This document shows, piece after piece, positions 8,890 to 18,364 of a DNA stretch of 64,000 nt. Both the position numbers and the translations under genes were made by a program. Within the stretch, counting starts at the first letter, position 1. Each line of letters opens with the position of its first letter. The notes beneath the pieces were generated by a model. The model ran no database searches. It was not told where the DNA came from and was given only the letters and a program-made list of their open reading frames with translations. The DNA lies in NCBI GenBank assembly GCA_903858875.1, contig CAIOKP010000266.1, forward strand, positions 16,442-80,441, read 5' to 3'. The stretch comes from an uncultured Sphingomonadales bacterium (GTDB lineage: Bacteria > Pseudomonadota > Alphaproteobacteria > Sphingomonadales > Sphingomonadaceae).

Positions 8890-9900
8890 TCAGTTAAACG
8901 CGTGTTGGGCGATGCGGCCGATGGGCGCCACGACATTGGCCGCCCCCAGCGAGATGGCGACGCGCGGCATACCGAACACGGTGCAGCTCGCCTCATCCTG
9001 CGCGATGGTCAGCGCGCCGGCCTGATGCATGGCCAACAGGCCCTTGGCCCCATCGGCGCCCATGCCGGTCAGCAGGATGCCGATGGCATCGCGGCCGATC
9101 CGTTGGGCGACCGACATGAACAACGCATCGACGCTGGGCCGGTGGCCGGAAATCGGGTCGCCGGGGCGCAATTTGGCGTGCAGTGTCTTGGTGCCGGCGA
9201 CCATCAGGTGCCGGTCGTCGCCGGGTGCCAGATAGATATGGCCGGGCTTTAGAGGCATATCGGCTTCGGCCAGCAGGACCGTGGCTGGCGACACCTGGTT
9301 GAGCGAACGGGCAATGGCCGGGGTAAAACGCCCATCGACATGCTGCACAATCATTACCGGCGGGCAATCCTCGGGGAACGAACGCAGCAAGACCTGCAAC
9401 GCCTCGACCCCGCCGGTGGATGAGCCGATGGCGATGACCTTGGTGTCTTGGCGCGCGGCGCGGACCGGGGCGGCGATGTGCTGCAATTCGGGCGCACGGC
9501 GGCGGACCCGCACTTGCGCGGCCTGACGCACCATGCCGGCCAGCTTGCCGCCATCCTGCATGGCGCTGCCCGAATAGTCGGTTTTGCAATAGCAATCGAC
9601 CGCACCCAGGCCCAGCGCACGGGCGGTCACATCGCTGCCCGCTTGGGTCAGGCCCGACACGATGATGACCGGCGTCGGGCGCAGCGTCATGATCTTGTCG
9701 AGGAAATCGAGCCCGTTCATGCCGGGCATCTCGATATCGAGCGTCACGACATCGGGTTCGAGTTCCTTGATCTGATTGCGCCCTTCGGCGGCATTGCAGG
9801 CAAGGCCCACCACCTGAATATCGGGATTGCCCGAAAGCCGGGCGGCCAGCACGGCACGCATGGTTGCCGAATCGTCAATGATCAGAACGCGGATCGTCAC
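8890..9900 (-). CDS. cheB: Protein-glutamate methylesterase CheB
   Basis: REC plus intact triad GSSTGG / IVQH / GMGADG and HRPSVD; GTG start overlaps cheR stop. Confidence 0.96.
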   Translation of the reverse strand: MTIRVLIIDDSATMRAVLAARLSGNPDIQVVGLACNAAEGRNQIKELEPDVVTLDIEMPGMNGLDFLDKIMTLRPTPVIIVSGLTQAGSDVTARALGLGAVDCYCKTDYSGSAMQDGGKLAGMVRQAAQVRVRRRAPELQHIAAPVRAARQDTKVIAIGSSTGGVEALQVLLRSFPEDCPPVMIVQHVDGRFTPAIARSLNQVSPATVLLAEADMPLKPGHIYLAPGDDRHLMVAGTKTLHAKLRPGDPISGHRPSVDALFMSVAQRIGRDAIGILLTGMGADGAKGLLAMHQAGALTIAQDEASCTVFGMPRVAISLGAANVVAPIGRIAQHAFN

Positions 9901-10778
9901 CGGCCCCTCCTGTGATAAATGGTTGGCCCGACCGATTCGAGCAAGTCTTCGGCCGGACCGCTGACGCGTTCGCTGTGGCCGATGTAAAGATAGCCGCCCG
10001 GCACCAAGGCCTGGGCGAAACGGGACACCAGCCGCTCTTTGGTCGGCTGATCGAAATAGATCATCACATTGCGGCAGAAGATAACCTGAAACTGCCGCTG
10101 CATCGGCCATTCGCCTTGCAGGTTGAGCCGCTTGAACTGCACCATGGCGCGGGCCTCGGGCGCGATCACCATGTTGCCGCCCTGCGTGGTGGTCCAGGCG
10201 CGGCGCAGGTCTTCGGGCAGGCCAGAGGAATCGCGCCCGTCATAGATGCCTTCGCCCGCTTTTTTCAGCGCGTGATCGGCAATGTCGCTGGCCAGAATGC
10301 GGATGTCGCGGCGGGCAATCGCCATGCCTTCCTGTCGGTCAGGGCCAAGCAAGGTCATGATCAGCGAGAACACTTCCTCGCCGCTGGACGATCCGGCCGA
10401 CCACATCCGCGCCGATCCGCCATGCGCCAGATCGTCGAGCATGCGGGGCCGCACTTCATGCGCGAAATGTTCGAAGTGGTGCGCTTCGCGATAGAAAAAC
10501 GTGTGGTTGGTGGTCAGTGCGTTGACCGTCTTGCGGCGTTCGTCGGCATCGGATTCGATCAGCTGGATATAGCTGGAAAATGTGCCCCGCCCGCTGGCCC
10601 GGACCAGCGGCGCGATGCGCGAATAGACCAGCATCGCCTTGCCCGGCGGCAGCAGAATGCCCGCCTCCTTGTGCAGGATTGCCGCCACGGCCCGAAAGTC
10701 CCGTTCGTCATAGACGCCGGGGCTGATGCCGGGCATTTTGGCGGCAAAGCTGTGTTCAAGGTCAGGCGCGAGGCTCAT
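9897..10778 (-). CDS. cheR: Chemotaxis methyltransferase CheR
   Basis: LTTNHTFFYRE, WSAGSSSGEE, IFCRNVMIYF, GHSE. Confidence 0.97.
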   Translation of the reverse strand: MSLAPDLEHSFAAKMPGISPGVYDERDFRAVAAILHKEAGILLPPGKAMLVYSRIAPLVRASGRGTFSSYIQLIESDADERRKTVNALTTNHTFFYREAHHFEHFAHEVRPRMLDDLAHGGSARMWSAGSSSGEEVFSLIMTLLGPDRQEGMAIARRDIRILASDIADHALKKAGEGIYDGRDSSGLPEDLRRAWTTTQGGNMVIAPEARAMVQFKRLNLQGEWPMQRQFQVIFCRNVMIYFDQPTKERLVSRFAQALVPGGYLYIGHSERVSGPAEDLLESVGPTIYHRRGR

Positions 10779-12973
10779 GCGGCCTCAAGCCCCATGCCGC
10801 GTGCGACCGCACTGGCGACCAGCGTGTCGACATTCAGGATCAACGCCACGCGGCCATCGCCAAGGATCGTTGCCCCGGCCACGCCATCGACATTACGATA
10901 ATGCGTGTCGAGGCTCTTGATGACAAACTGCCGCTGGTCCCAGATATTGTCGACCAACAAGGCGGCTTGGCCCGCGCTTTCGGTATCGACGACGATCAGT
11001 ACACCTTCATGCGGCATGTTGATCGCGTCATGCGCGCCAACCGCGTCGCCGACCGACACCACCGGAATGAACCGGCCGCGCACGTTCAACATCTGGCGAT
11101 TGGCGCCCAGCCCTTGGACATCCTTGGGATCGGGGCGCAAGCTTTCGACCACATGGGTCAGCGGGATGACCAGCGTTTGATCGCCAACCTTGACGATCAT
11201 GCCGTCCGAAATCGCCAGCGTCAGCGGCAGGGTGAGCGTAAAGGTCGTGCCCTTGCCCTCTTCGCTTTCGATAGTGATGCGGCCGCCCAGATCCTTCACA
11301 TTCTGGCGCACGACATCCATGCCGACGCCGCGGCCCGACACGTTGGTGATGGTCGCCGCGGTCGAAAAACCGGGGGCGAAGATGAGGTTGTCGATGTCTT
11401 CCTTCGACAATTGCGCGTCGGGGGCGACGAGGCCCTTTTCCACCGCCTTGGCCAGCACGCGGGCGCGGTTGATACCGGCGCCATCGTCGGCAATGCGGAT
11501 CAGAATGCGGCCCGAGCGATGCTCCGCCGCCAAGGTCAGCGTTCCCTCGGCGCTCTTGCCAGCCGCCAGTCGGTCCTCAGGCTTTTCGATGCCGTGGTCG
11601 ACCGCGTTGCGGATAAGGTGGGTCAAAGGTTCGCCCAACCGTTCGATCACGGTCTTGTCGAGCTCTGTCGTTTCACCGACCAGTTGCAGATTGACGTGCT
11701 TGCCCGTGCTCGACGCCAGTTCGCGCAGGATGCGCGGCACCCGGCTGAACACGCTGCCGATCGGTTGGGCGCGGATCGACATGGCGCTTTCCTGAATGTC
11801 GCGCGTCAGCCCTTCGAGCAGCGTCAGCTCCTCGTTCGACTGGATGCCTTCGGTCTGCAAACGTTGCGCCAGCATCGCCTGGGCGATCACCAGTTCACCC
11901 ACCGTGTCGATCAATTTGTCGAGCTTGATCAGGTCGATGCGGATCGATTGGCCGGGGGCGGGGGCGGCTGGCGGGGCGGAGCCGGGCGCCGGATTGCTGG
12001 CCTGCACGGCAGGTTCGGCGGCCGCCTCGACGCTGGGCGCAGCGGGTACGGCGACGGCGGGCGCGGCGACCGGTTTGGCCACGGGGCTGGGCGCTACCGC
12101 TGCCAGCGGTGCGGCGGCGATGACCGGCGCGGCCTTGGGCTTGTCGATCTGGGTTGGCGGAATGGTGGCGCCCGGGCCCATGGCGATCGGGCAATCATCG
12201 CCCACAAAGTCAAAGATGTCGCGCACCGCGCTCTCGGACACATCGTCGGGCACGATATAGGTCCAGCCGAGATAGCCTTGATGCGGGTCGAAATCGTCGA
12301 GGCTGGGGACTGCGCTGATGTCGCATTCGCGGCATTCCGCACCCAACGCGACGAGTTCGCGCAGCAACAGAATGGGTTCGCCGCCATTGCGCATGGCCCC
12401 TGCATGGGGGCGCAAGTGGACCTGCCAGCCATCCGGCGCTTCGGCCGCCATTGCTTCGTCGATCGGTGGCGCGGCGGCGAGGTCGTTGAGCATCATGTCC
12501 AGATCGAAGTCGCTGGTCAGTTCGTCCTCGTCGTCGAACGGGGGGCTGGCGATCGGCTCCGGCGCGGTGGGCGCAGCGGCGCAGGCCTGTCCAACGGCAT
12601 TGGCCATCGCGCCTTCCAACTCGCGCAGCAGCGCGGCGTCTTCGGGCGCGGTGCCGCTTTCACGTGCCGCCGTCACATGGTCGGCCAACACGTCGAGCGC
12701 CCGCAACAGCAAGTCGATCAACGTGGGCGTCAGTGGCACGAGATTTTCCCGCACGTCCGACAACAGCGTTTCGAACACATGGGTAAAGGCTTGCAATGCT
12801 TCGTAACCGAAAGCACCGGCGCCACCCTTGATCGAATGCACGGCGCGGAAAATCGCGTTAATCGTGTCGGCTTCCTGCGTCCCTGCCTTGCACTGGGCGA
12901 GGCCCTGTTCGGCGGCGGCCAGCGATTCCTCGCATTCGACGAAAAATATGCCCTGAATTTCCTCGGGGGTCAT
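10775..12973 (-). CDS. cheA: Chemotaxis histidine kinase CheA
   Basis: P1 FRAVHSIKGG, P4 HLIRNAVDHG and SGRGVGMDVV, P5 GATILGDG. Confidence 0.98.
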   Translation of the reverse strand: MTPEEIQGIFFVECEESLAAAEQGLAQCKAGTQEADTINAIFRAVHSIKGGAGAFGYEALQAFTHVFETLLSDVRENLVPLTPTLIDLLLRALDVLADHVTAARESGTAPEDAALLRELEGAMANAVGQACAAAPTAPEPIASPPFDDEDELTSDFDLDMMLNDLAAAPPIDEAMAAEAPDGWQVHLRPHAGAMRNGGEPILLLRELVALGAECRECDISAVPSLDDFDPHQGYLGWTYIVPDDVSESAVRDIFDFVGDDCPIAMGPGATIPPTQIDKPKAAPVIAAAPLAAVAPSPVAKPVAAPAVAVPAAPSVEAAAEPAVQASNPAPGSAPPAAPAPGQSIRIDLIKLDKLIDTVGELVIAQAMLAQRLQTEGIQSNEELTLLEGLTRDIQESAMSIRAQPIGSVFSRVPRILRELASSTGKHVNLQLVGETTELDKTVIERLGEPLTHLIRNAVDHGIEKPEDRLAAGKSAEGTLTLAAEHRSGRILIRIADDGAGINRARVLAKAVEKGLVAPDAQLSKEDIDNLIFAPGFSTAATITNVSGRGVGMDVVRQNVKDLGGRITIESEEGKGTTFTLTLPLTLAISDGMIVKVGDQTLVIPLTHVVESLRPDPKDVQGLGANRQMLNVRGRFIPVVSVGDAVGAHDAINMPHEGVLIVVDTESAGQAALLVDNIWDQRQFVIKSLDTHYRNVDGVAGATILGDGRVALILNVDTLVASAVARGMGLEAA

Positions 12974-13230
12974 GCGACATTCCCTTCGAACAGCGCGCCT
13001 TCGAGGCCGGTCAGGCGGGCCGCCTCGCGCAGAGCGGGCGATGGTTTGATATGGGCGCCCTCGCCAGTGCGGCGGGCGCTGATCAGCAATTGCAGCATGG
13101 CCTGGCCGATTTGCTGTGTCGCGCTGGCGTCGATCGACAGCATGTCGCCGGACAGCGCGGCCTGAAATTCGGGCAACAACACTTCGGTGGCGGCGCGGTC
13201 ACATCGGGCCGGCAGGGTAATGGTGCGCAT
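12970..13230 (-). CDS. STAS-domain chemotaxis accessory protein (CheS-like)
   Basis: 86 aa with SIDASATQQIGQAMLQLLISA...ARLTGL; coupled to cheA by overlap. Confidence 0.8.
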   Translation of the reverse strand: MRTITLPARCDRAATEVLLPEFQAALSGDMLSIDASATQQIGQAMLQLLISARRTGEGAHIKPSPALREAARLTGLEGALFEGNVA

Positions 13231-13262
13231 TGGGCAATTCCTTCCAGTGTCCGGCTGCGCCG

Positions 13263-14711
13263 TCAGAACTCAGACCAGTTTTCGGCCTGCGCCGAAGGCT
13301 TGAGCGCGAGATTGCCGCGCGTGGCGGGGGCGGGTGCCGTGCGCCGCGTTGGCGCTGGCGTTTGGGCGGCGCGACGCTGGCTGCTGCGCATAAAGGGCAC
13401 GGCATCGCCAAGGTCGGTCGAATGCGATCCGGTGTGAAAGCGCGAGACGATGGTTTTCAACTCGCGCGCTTCATCGGCCAGACTGCGTGCGGCGGCGGTC
13501 GATTGTTCGACCATCGCGGCGTTCTGCTGGGTGACGCGGTCCATTTCACCGACGGCGGAATTGACCATGTCGAGACTGTTGGCCTGCACCGTCGCATTGG
13601 TGGCGATTTCGCCAACCAGCCCGGTGATTTCCCCGACCCGGCCGACGATCTTGCCCAGCAAATTGCCGGTTTCGCGGACCAGATTGACGCCGCCCGAAAC
13701 CTGTTCGGTCGATGTGGTGATCAACGCCTTGATGTCCTTGGCCGCATCGGCCGACCGTTGGGCCAGCGCCCGCACCTCATTGGCGACCACGGCAAAGCCT
13801 TTGCCGGCATCGCCAGCCCGCGCCGCCTCGACGCCGGCGTTCAATGCCAGCAGGTTGGTCTGAAATGCGATACCGTCGATGACGCCGATGATTTGGCTGA
13901 TTTCCTGCGCGCTGCGCTCGATCGCGGCCATGGCTTCGATGGCGCGGGTCACGACTTCGCCGCCCGCGGTGGCTTCCTGATGTGCCTCGGTGATCGATTT
14001 TTGGACTTCGGCGGCGTTTTTGGCGCTTTCCTTGACGCCTTCGGTCACCTGATTCATCGCGGCGGAGGTTTCCTCCAGCGTTGCGGCTTGTTGCTCGTTG
14101 CGATTCGACAGGTCGTCGGAGGCCGACCGGATCTCGGTCGCACCGTTCAACACGCCGTTTGCGCTGTTGCGCACCGCGTCGAGCGCCTCGACCAACGAGT
14201 GGGCCGCAGCGTTGAAATCCTGACGCAGCTCTTCATAGCCGGTGGGGAAGGGGGCGCGGATCTGGCAATCGAGCCGGTTGGCGGCCAAGGCCTTGAGGCT
14301 GCTTCCCAGATCATTGACGATGCGCTGTTGCACTTCACTCGCTTCGCGCACGGCTAAGGCGTTTGCGCGAAAGGTGAACATCGCCTTGGTCATCCGGCCG
14401 ACGCAATCGCGATAGTCGGTGTAGTGGATCGCCGACGTCAGATCGCCGGCGGCAAGCGCCTCCATGCGGCCGACCGTGTTGACATATGGCGTGGTGATTC
14501 GGGCGGCGGCGATCGAAACGACGAGCATCATCGCTGCCACGGTAGCGACGGCCATGCCGATGGAGACCGGGGCGGACACTACCCCGAACGCTGCCAGTAC
14601 CGTCGCCAACCCGCCAAACGTGGCGATGGCCGACAGTATCATCAGCAGCATCCGGAACTTTGCCCGGATCGGGGCTTCCTTCTCAAACCAGTCCAACATC
14701 ATCGTCTCCAT
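13263..14711 (-). CDS. Methyl-accepting chemotaxis protein without periplasmic sensor domain
   Basis: Two adjacent TM helices, HAMP, IAFQTNLLALNAGVEAARAG, C-terminal pentapeptide NWSEF. Confidence 0.95.
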   Translation of the reverse strand: METMMLDWFEKEAPIRAKFRMLLMILSAIATFGGLATVLAAFGVVSAPVSIGMAVATVAAMMLVVSIAAARITTPYVNTVGRMEALAAGDLTSAIHYTDYRDCVGRMTKAMFTFRANALAVREASEVQQRIVNDLGSSLKALAANRLDCQIRAPFPTGYEELRQDFNAAAHSLVEALDAVRNSANGVLNGATEIRSASDDLSNRNEQQAATLEETSAAMNQVTEGVKESAKNAAEVQKSITEAHQEATAGGEVVTRAIEAMAAIERSAQEISQIIGVIDGIAFQTNLLALNAGVEAARAGDAGKGFAVVANEVRALAQRSADAAKDIKALITTSTEQVSGGVNLVRETGNLLGKIVGRVGEITGLVGEIATNATVQANSLDMVNSAVGEMDRVTQQNAAMVEQSTAAARSLADEARELKTIVSRFHTGSHSTDLGDAVPFMRSSQRRAAQTPAPTRRTAPAPATRGNLALKPSAQAENWSEF

Positions 14712-14875
14712 TTCCTGCTCGCCAACCGGCGCCTTCGGTGGCCGAGAGCCAGCCTCGCACCCGGGGAAGTCAGGGGCAGCATGTGGTTAATTGTAATGCC
14801 CGGACGGCAACTTCTTGTTTGCGACAAGGTCTGTATTTCCCCGTGGCAATCCGACCGTCGGCGGGGAAATAGCGG

Positions 14876-16741
14876 TCAAAACGCGTCCCAATCGTCGGCG
14901 GACGGCTGCATCGCCAAATTGCCGAAGGTTGAAGGCGGCGCGGCGGTGCGGCGCGACGGCCGAGCAAAGGGGACCGCAATCGATTCGCGCGCGGGCGGCG
15001 CGGCGTGCAAGCGTTGTGGCCGCGCCGGTGGGCGGTCGGACTCGCCGGCTTGAAAATGATTGATCAGCCGCGTTAATTCGCCCGCTTCGTCGGCCAGGCT
15101 GCGTGCGGCGGCGGTGGCCTGTTCGGCCATGGCGGCGTTTTGTTGGGTTATGGCATCCATCTGGCCGACGGCGGCATTCACCATCGACAGGTTGGTCGCC
15201 TGCATATCGGCAGAGGTGGCGATACCGCCGATCTGTTCGTTGACCTCCCCCACGCGGGTGACGATTTTTGCCAACAGGTCACCGGTTTCGCGCACCAGCG
15301 CCACGCCGCCGGACACTTGTTGGGTCGAGGTGGAGATCAATGCCTTGATGTCCTTGGCTGCATCGGCCGATCGTTGGGCCAAGGCGCGCACTTCGTTGGC
15401 GACGACGGCAAACCCCTTGCCCGAATCGCCAGCCCGGGCCGCTTCGACCCCGGCGTTCAGCGCCAGCAGGTTGGTTTGAAACGCGATGCTGTCGATGACA
15501 TTGGTGATTTGCGCGATTTCCTGTGCGGATTGTTCGATTTTGGCCATCGCCTTGGTCGCGCGGGCGACGACTTGCCCGCCTTCTTCGGCCTCGTGATGCG
15601 CCTCGGCGATCGATTGTTGCACGATGAGCGCGCAGCCCGCGCTGTCGCGGATGATTTCGGTCACTTGGTCCATAGCCGACACCGCTTCTTCCAGATTGGC
15701 AGCGTGGCGTTCATTGCGCCCGGCCAGATCATTGGAGGCGCTGCGGATTTCGGCCGCCCCGCCATCGACCCGCCGGGCGGCGCGTCCGACGCCGCCGATC
15801 ACGTCGGACAATCCGGCCAACGTCCGGTTAAAACTGGCGCGCAGTTGTTCATATTCGGGCGCAAGGGGCGCTGTGATGCTGTACAACAGATTGCCGGCGG
15901 CCAATTCATCCAGCCCGAGCGACATTGCGGTAACGATGCGTTCCTGTTCGACGGTCGCGGCGCGTTGCGCCAGGGCGGTCGCGCGGAACACTTCGATTGC
16001 GCGTGTCATGTCGCCGATTTCGTCGCTGCGGTGCACGGTGACGCCGCCTGCACCAAGGTCGCCATCGGACATCCGGCGCATCACCTCGGCGGTGTCGGCC
16101 ATGGGTTTGAGAGCCATTTCGCGCTGCGCCCATGCCGCGCCCGCCACCAACACGAGGATCCCGCCGCCCAGCACCGCCAGCACCACGACGACAATCGTCA
16201 ATGCCGTACCGCTGTTGGCCAGCAATTCGGTCTGGCGCCCGTTTGCCACGATGGTCACCGCGTCGATCTGGCCGCGGTGAGTGGTATAGATCGCCGTCAG
16301 CGTGCGATAGGACGCCTGCGCCGTCGCGGCATCATGGTGTTCGAGTGCCGGCAGAAAACGGCCATCCAATTCGGTCCAGAACTGCGTGGCCGAGGCATTG
16401 GACTCGCTCAACAGCTTCTGTTTCAGGTCGTCGTCCAGGTCCGAAGCGCGCCAAAATTCGGCTCGAGTGTGAAAATCGCGCTCCAATTGCTTCAATTTTT
16501 CGCGGTGATCGATCAATGCGTCGGGATTTTGCACCAGAATCGACGCCTCGAGGAACGGCTCGATAACATATTCGGGCGGCGGCAAAATATCGGCGATAAA
16601 ATCGCTGACCTGTTGATTGCGATGGTGCAGCCCGCCACCAAACCGAATGCGGTTGATCCCCAATGCCGCGACGATGAACGTGATGATGATCGCCGAAATG
16701 ATCACCACCGCCCCGATCTGGCTTTTGCGCGCTATATTCAT
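14876..16741 (-). CDS. Methyl-accepting chemotaxis protein with periplasmic domain
   Basis: TM, helical periplasmic domain, TM, HAMP (DEIGDM), signalling domain, pentapeptide DWDAF. Confidence 0.96.
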   Translation of the reverse strand: MNIARKSQIGAVVIISAIIITFIVAALGINRIRFGGGLHHRNQQVSDFIADILPPPEYVIEPFLEASILVQNPDALIDHREKLKQLERDFHTRAEFWRASDLDDDLKQKLLSESNASATQFWTELDGRFLPALEHHDAATAQASYRTLTAIYTTHRGQIDAVTIVANGRQTELLANSGTALTIVVVVLAVLGGGILVLVAGAAWAQREMALKPMADTAEVMRRMSDGDLGAGGVTVHRSDEIGDMTRAIEVFRATALAQRAATVEQERIVTAMSLGLDELAAGNLLYSITAPLAPEYEQLRASFNRTLAGLSDVIGGVGRAARRVDGGAAEIRSASNDLAGRNERHAANLEEAVSAMDQVTEIIRDSAGCALIVQQSIAEAHHEAEEGGQVVARATKAMAKIEQSAQEIAQITNVIDSIAFQTNLLALNAGVEAARAGDSGKGFAVVANEVRALAQRSADAAKDIKALISTSTQQVSGGVALVRETGDLLAKIVTRVGEVNEQIGGIATSADMQATNLSMVNAAVGQMDAITQQNAAMAEQATAAARSLADEAGELTRLINHFQAGESDRPPARPQRLHAAPPARESIAVPFARPSRRTAAPPSTFGNLAMQPSADDWDAF

Positions 16742-16953
16742 GGGGCGTCCCTGCATTTGGATTTGGCGCTATTGGGTGTCATCCCATTTTGCCGAAGGCA
16801 CGCCTAATAGGCCTCGAAAGCGAAGCGCCGATTAGGGCGGCTTAGGTGGGTTTGCCTAAGAACGGGCGGGCATTTGCTTTCAAACTTGTGTCGTAAAGGC
16901 AGACCAAGCCGCCCACGCGGCCATGATTTGGATTTCAGACGGGGTATGCCGAA

Positions 16954-17982
16954 ATGAACGATGCACGGGTGCTGGTTGTGGATGATTCTGCCGCCATGCG
17001 AGCGCTGTTTTCCGACGTGCTGGAGCAGCAACGCAACGTGACCGTTATCGGCACCGCTGCCAATGCCGATGAAGCTCGCGATCAGATTGCCGAATTGAAG
17101 CCCAATGTGATCACGCTTGACGTGGAAATGCCCGGTATGAGCGGGATCGAGTTTCTGGCCGAGTTGATGCAGACCAATCCGTTGCCCGTGGTCATGCTGT
17201 CGTCGTTGACGCAAAGCGGTACGGAGACTTCGCTCAAGGCCTATGAACTGGGCGCGGTGGAATGTTTCCCCAAGCCGTTGAAGGCCACCCCAGAACAATT
17301 CGCCAAGACCGTGGGCAAGCTGGGCAAGATCGTGCTGGCTGCCGCCAATTCGAACGTCCGCCACCGCAAGCCGGTTCACCGCGAAACGCGGACCGAAACG
17401 CAATTCACCTGGAACGGCCATTACGCCGCGTTCAGCACATCGATGGGCGGCATCGATGCCTTGACCCAGATGCTGGCCGAGTTTCCAGCCGATTGCCCGC
17501 CAACCGTCATCGTGCTGCAAAGCGAACCGGCACTGGTCGATACATTTATCCATCACCTGTCGAGCGAATTGAAGTGCAAGATCCTGCCCGCCAAGGATGG
17601 CGCCGCGTTGACCCAAGGCACCATTCATGTCGCCGCCGACCCGGAAAAACACGTTGTGTTCGAACCGGGCAGCCCGCCAAAGCTGCGCATGGTGATGCGC
17701 GATCCCGTCGATGGCGCGCGCCCGTCGGCCACCTTGTTGTTCGGCACGATTGCCCGGGCGGGTGTCCCGGCGGTGGGTACGGTGATGACGGGCATGGGCG
17801 CCGATGGGGCCAAGGGCCTGCGGATGATGCGCGATGCCGGGTGCCGGACGCTGGCCGAAGATCCCGCGACGGCGACCGTGGGCGAAGCGCCCGCCGCAGC
17901 GATTGCCGCCAGTGCCGCCGAAAAGACGTTGCCGCTCGATGAATTGGGCGCGGCGGTTTTGGGGTTCTGTAACCAGGCCTGA
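16954..17982 (+). CDS. CheB paralogue with intact receiver and degenerate methylesterase site
   Basis: VLVVDDS...TLDVEMP...FPKP; esterase motifs FSTSMGG, IVLQSE (His missing), ARPSAT, GMGADG. Confidence 0.88.
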   Translation: MNDARVLVVDDSAAMRALFSDVLEQQRNVTVIGTAANADEARDQIAELKPNVITLDVEMPGMSGIEFLAELMQTNPLPVVMLSSLTQSGTETSLKAYELGAVECFPKPLKATPEQFAKTVGKLGKIVLAAANSNVRHRKPVHRETRTETQFTWNGHYAAFSTSMGGIDALTQMLAEFPADCPPTVIVLQSEPALVDTFIHHLSSELKCKILPAKDGAALTQGTIHVAADPEKHVVFEPGSPPKLRMVMRDPVDGARPSATLLFGTIARAGVPAVGTVMTGMGADGAKGLRMMRDAGCRTLAEDPATATVGEAPAAAIAASAAEKTLPLDELGAAVLGFCNQA

Positions 17983-18017
17983 TCATGGCCGCGACGATCG
18001 GCGTCGGCCCGACAAGG

Positions 18018-18050
18018 CCCCTCTGCCCCCACCGCGGCAGAGGGGTTTTT
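18018..18050 (+). terminator. Intrinsic terminator of the cheB paralogue
   Basis: CCCCTCTGCC-8 nt loop-GGCAGAGGGG followed by TTTTT. Confidence 0.85.
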
Positions 18051-18068
18051 CGTGTCAAGTTTTGGCGC

Positions 18069-18121
18069 AAAAGAAAAGCCGCTTCCGGGCGGGGACCAAA
18101 TGTTCCCCATCAGGAAGCGGC
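18069..18121 (-). terminator. Intrinsic terminator on the minus strand
   Basis: GCCGCTTCC...GGAAGCGGC with inner GGGGA/TCCCC stem, followed by TTTTCTTTT on minus. Confidence 0.75.
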
Positions 18122-18295
18122 GTTAGATGCCACGGGCCGAGGCCCTTGGCAGGTCTGACGACAAGGCGCTCCAACGCAGGAGGGGCGGTTGCGTCGGAAC
18201 GCAGATAAAGAGTCGAAGCTTGTTTTGGCCGCCTCCGTGATGGGGGCGGCCGGCCTCGTGTTGCCTTTATCCGTGTTCGCTCGTCAGAAGCGGAA
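18069..18295 (-). ncRNA. Candidate structured ncRNA or structured 3'UTR, about 225 nt
   Basis: Five nested or adjacent helices plus terminator; CCCCUCC loop; no credible ORF. Confidence 0.5.
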
Positions 18296-18364
18296 ATCGC
18301 GACGGATTAGAGTCGACGGACGGGGCGACGGTGGCGCCGCCGCATCATGCGCCCCGCCCCGGTG

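Noticed and set aside
10901-13165. 754-aa plus-strand ORF, and similar long antisense ORFs (15140-16807, 36509-37921, 60438-62042)
   Set aside because: Shadow frames opposite well-supported genes in GC-rich DNA; no motifs
14712-14875. Possible riboswitch upstream of the second MCP
   Set aside because: No recognisable aptamer consensus or expression platform
16808-16884. sigma28-like boxes in the mcp/cheB-paralogue spacer (GCCGATTA on plus, CCCGTTCT on minus) and a CTTAGG/CCTAAG inverted repeat
   Set aside because: No convincing -35 at the right spacing; cannot be assigned
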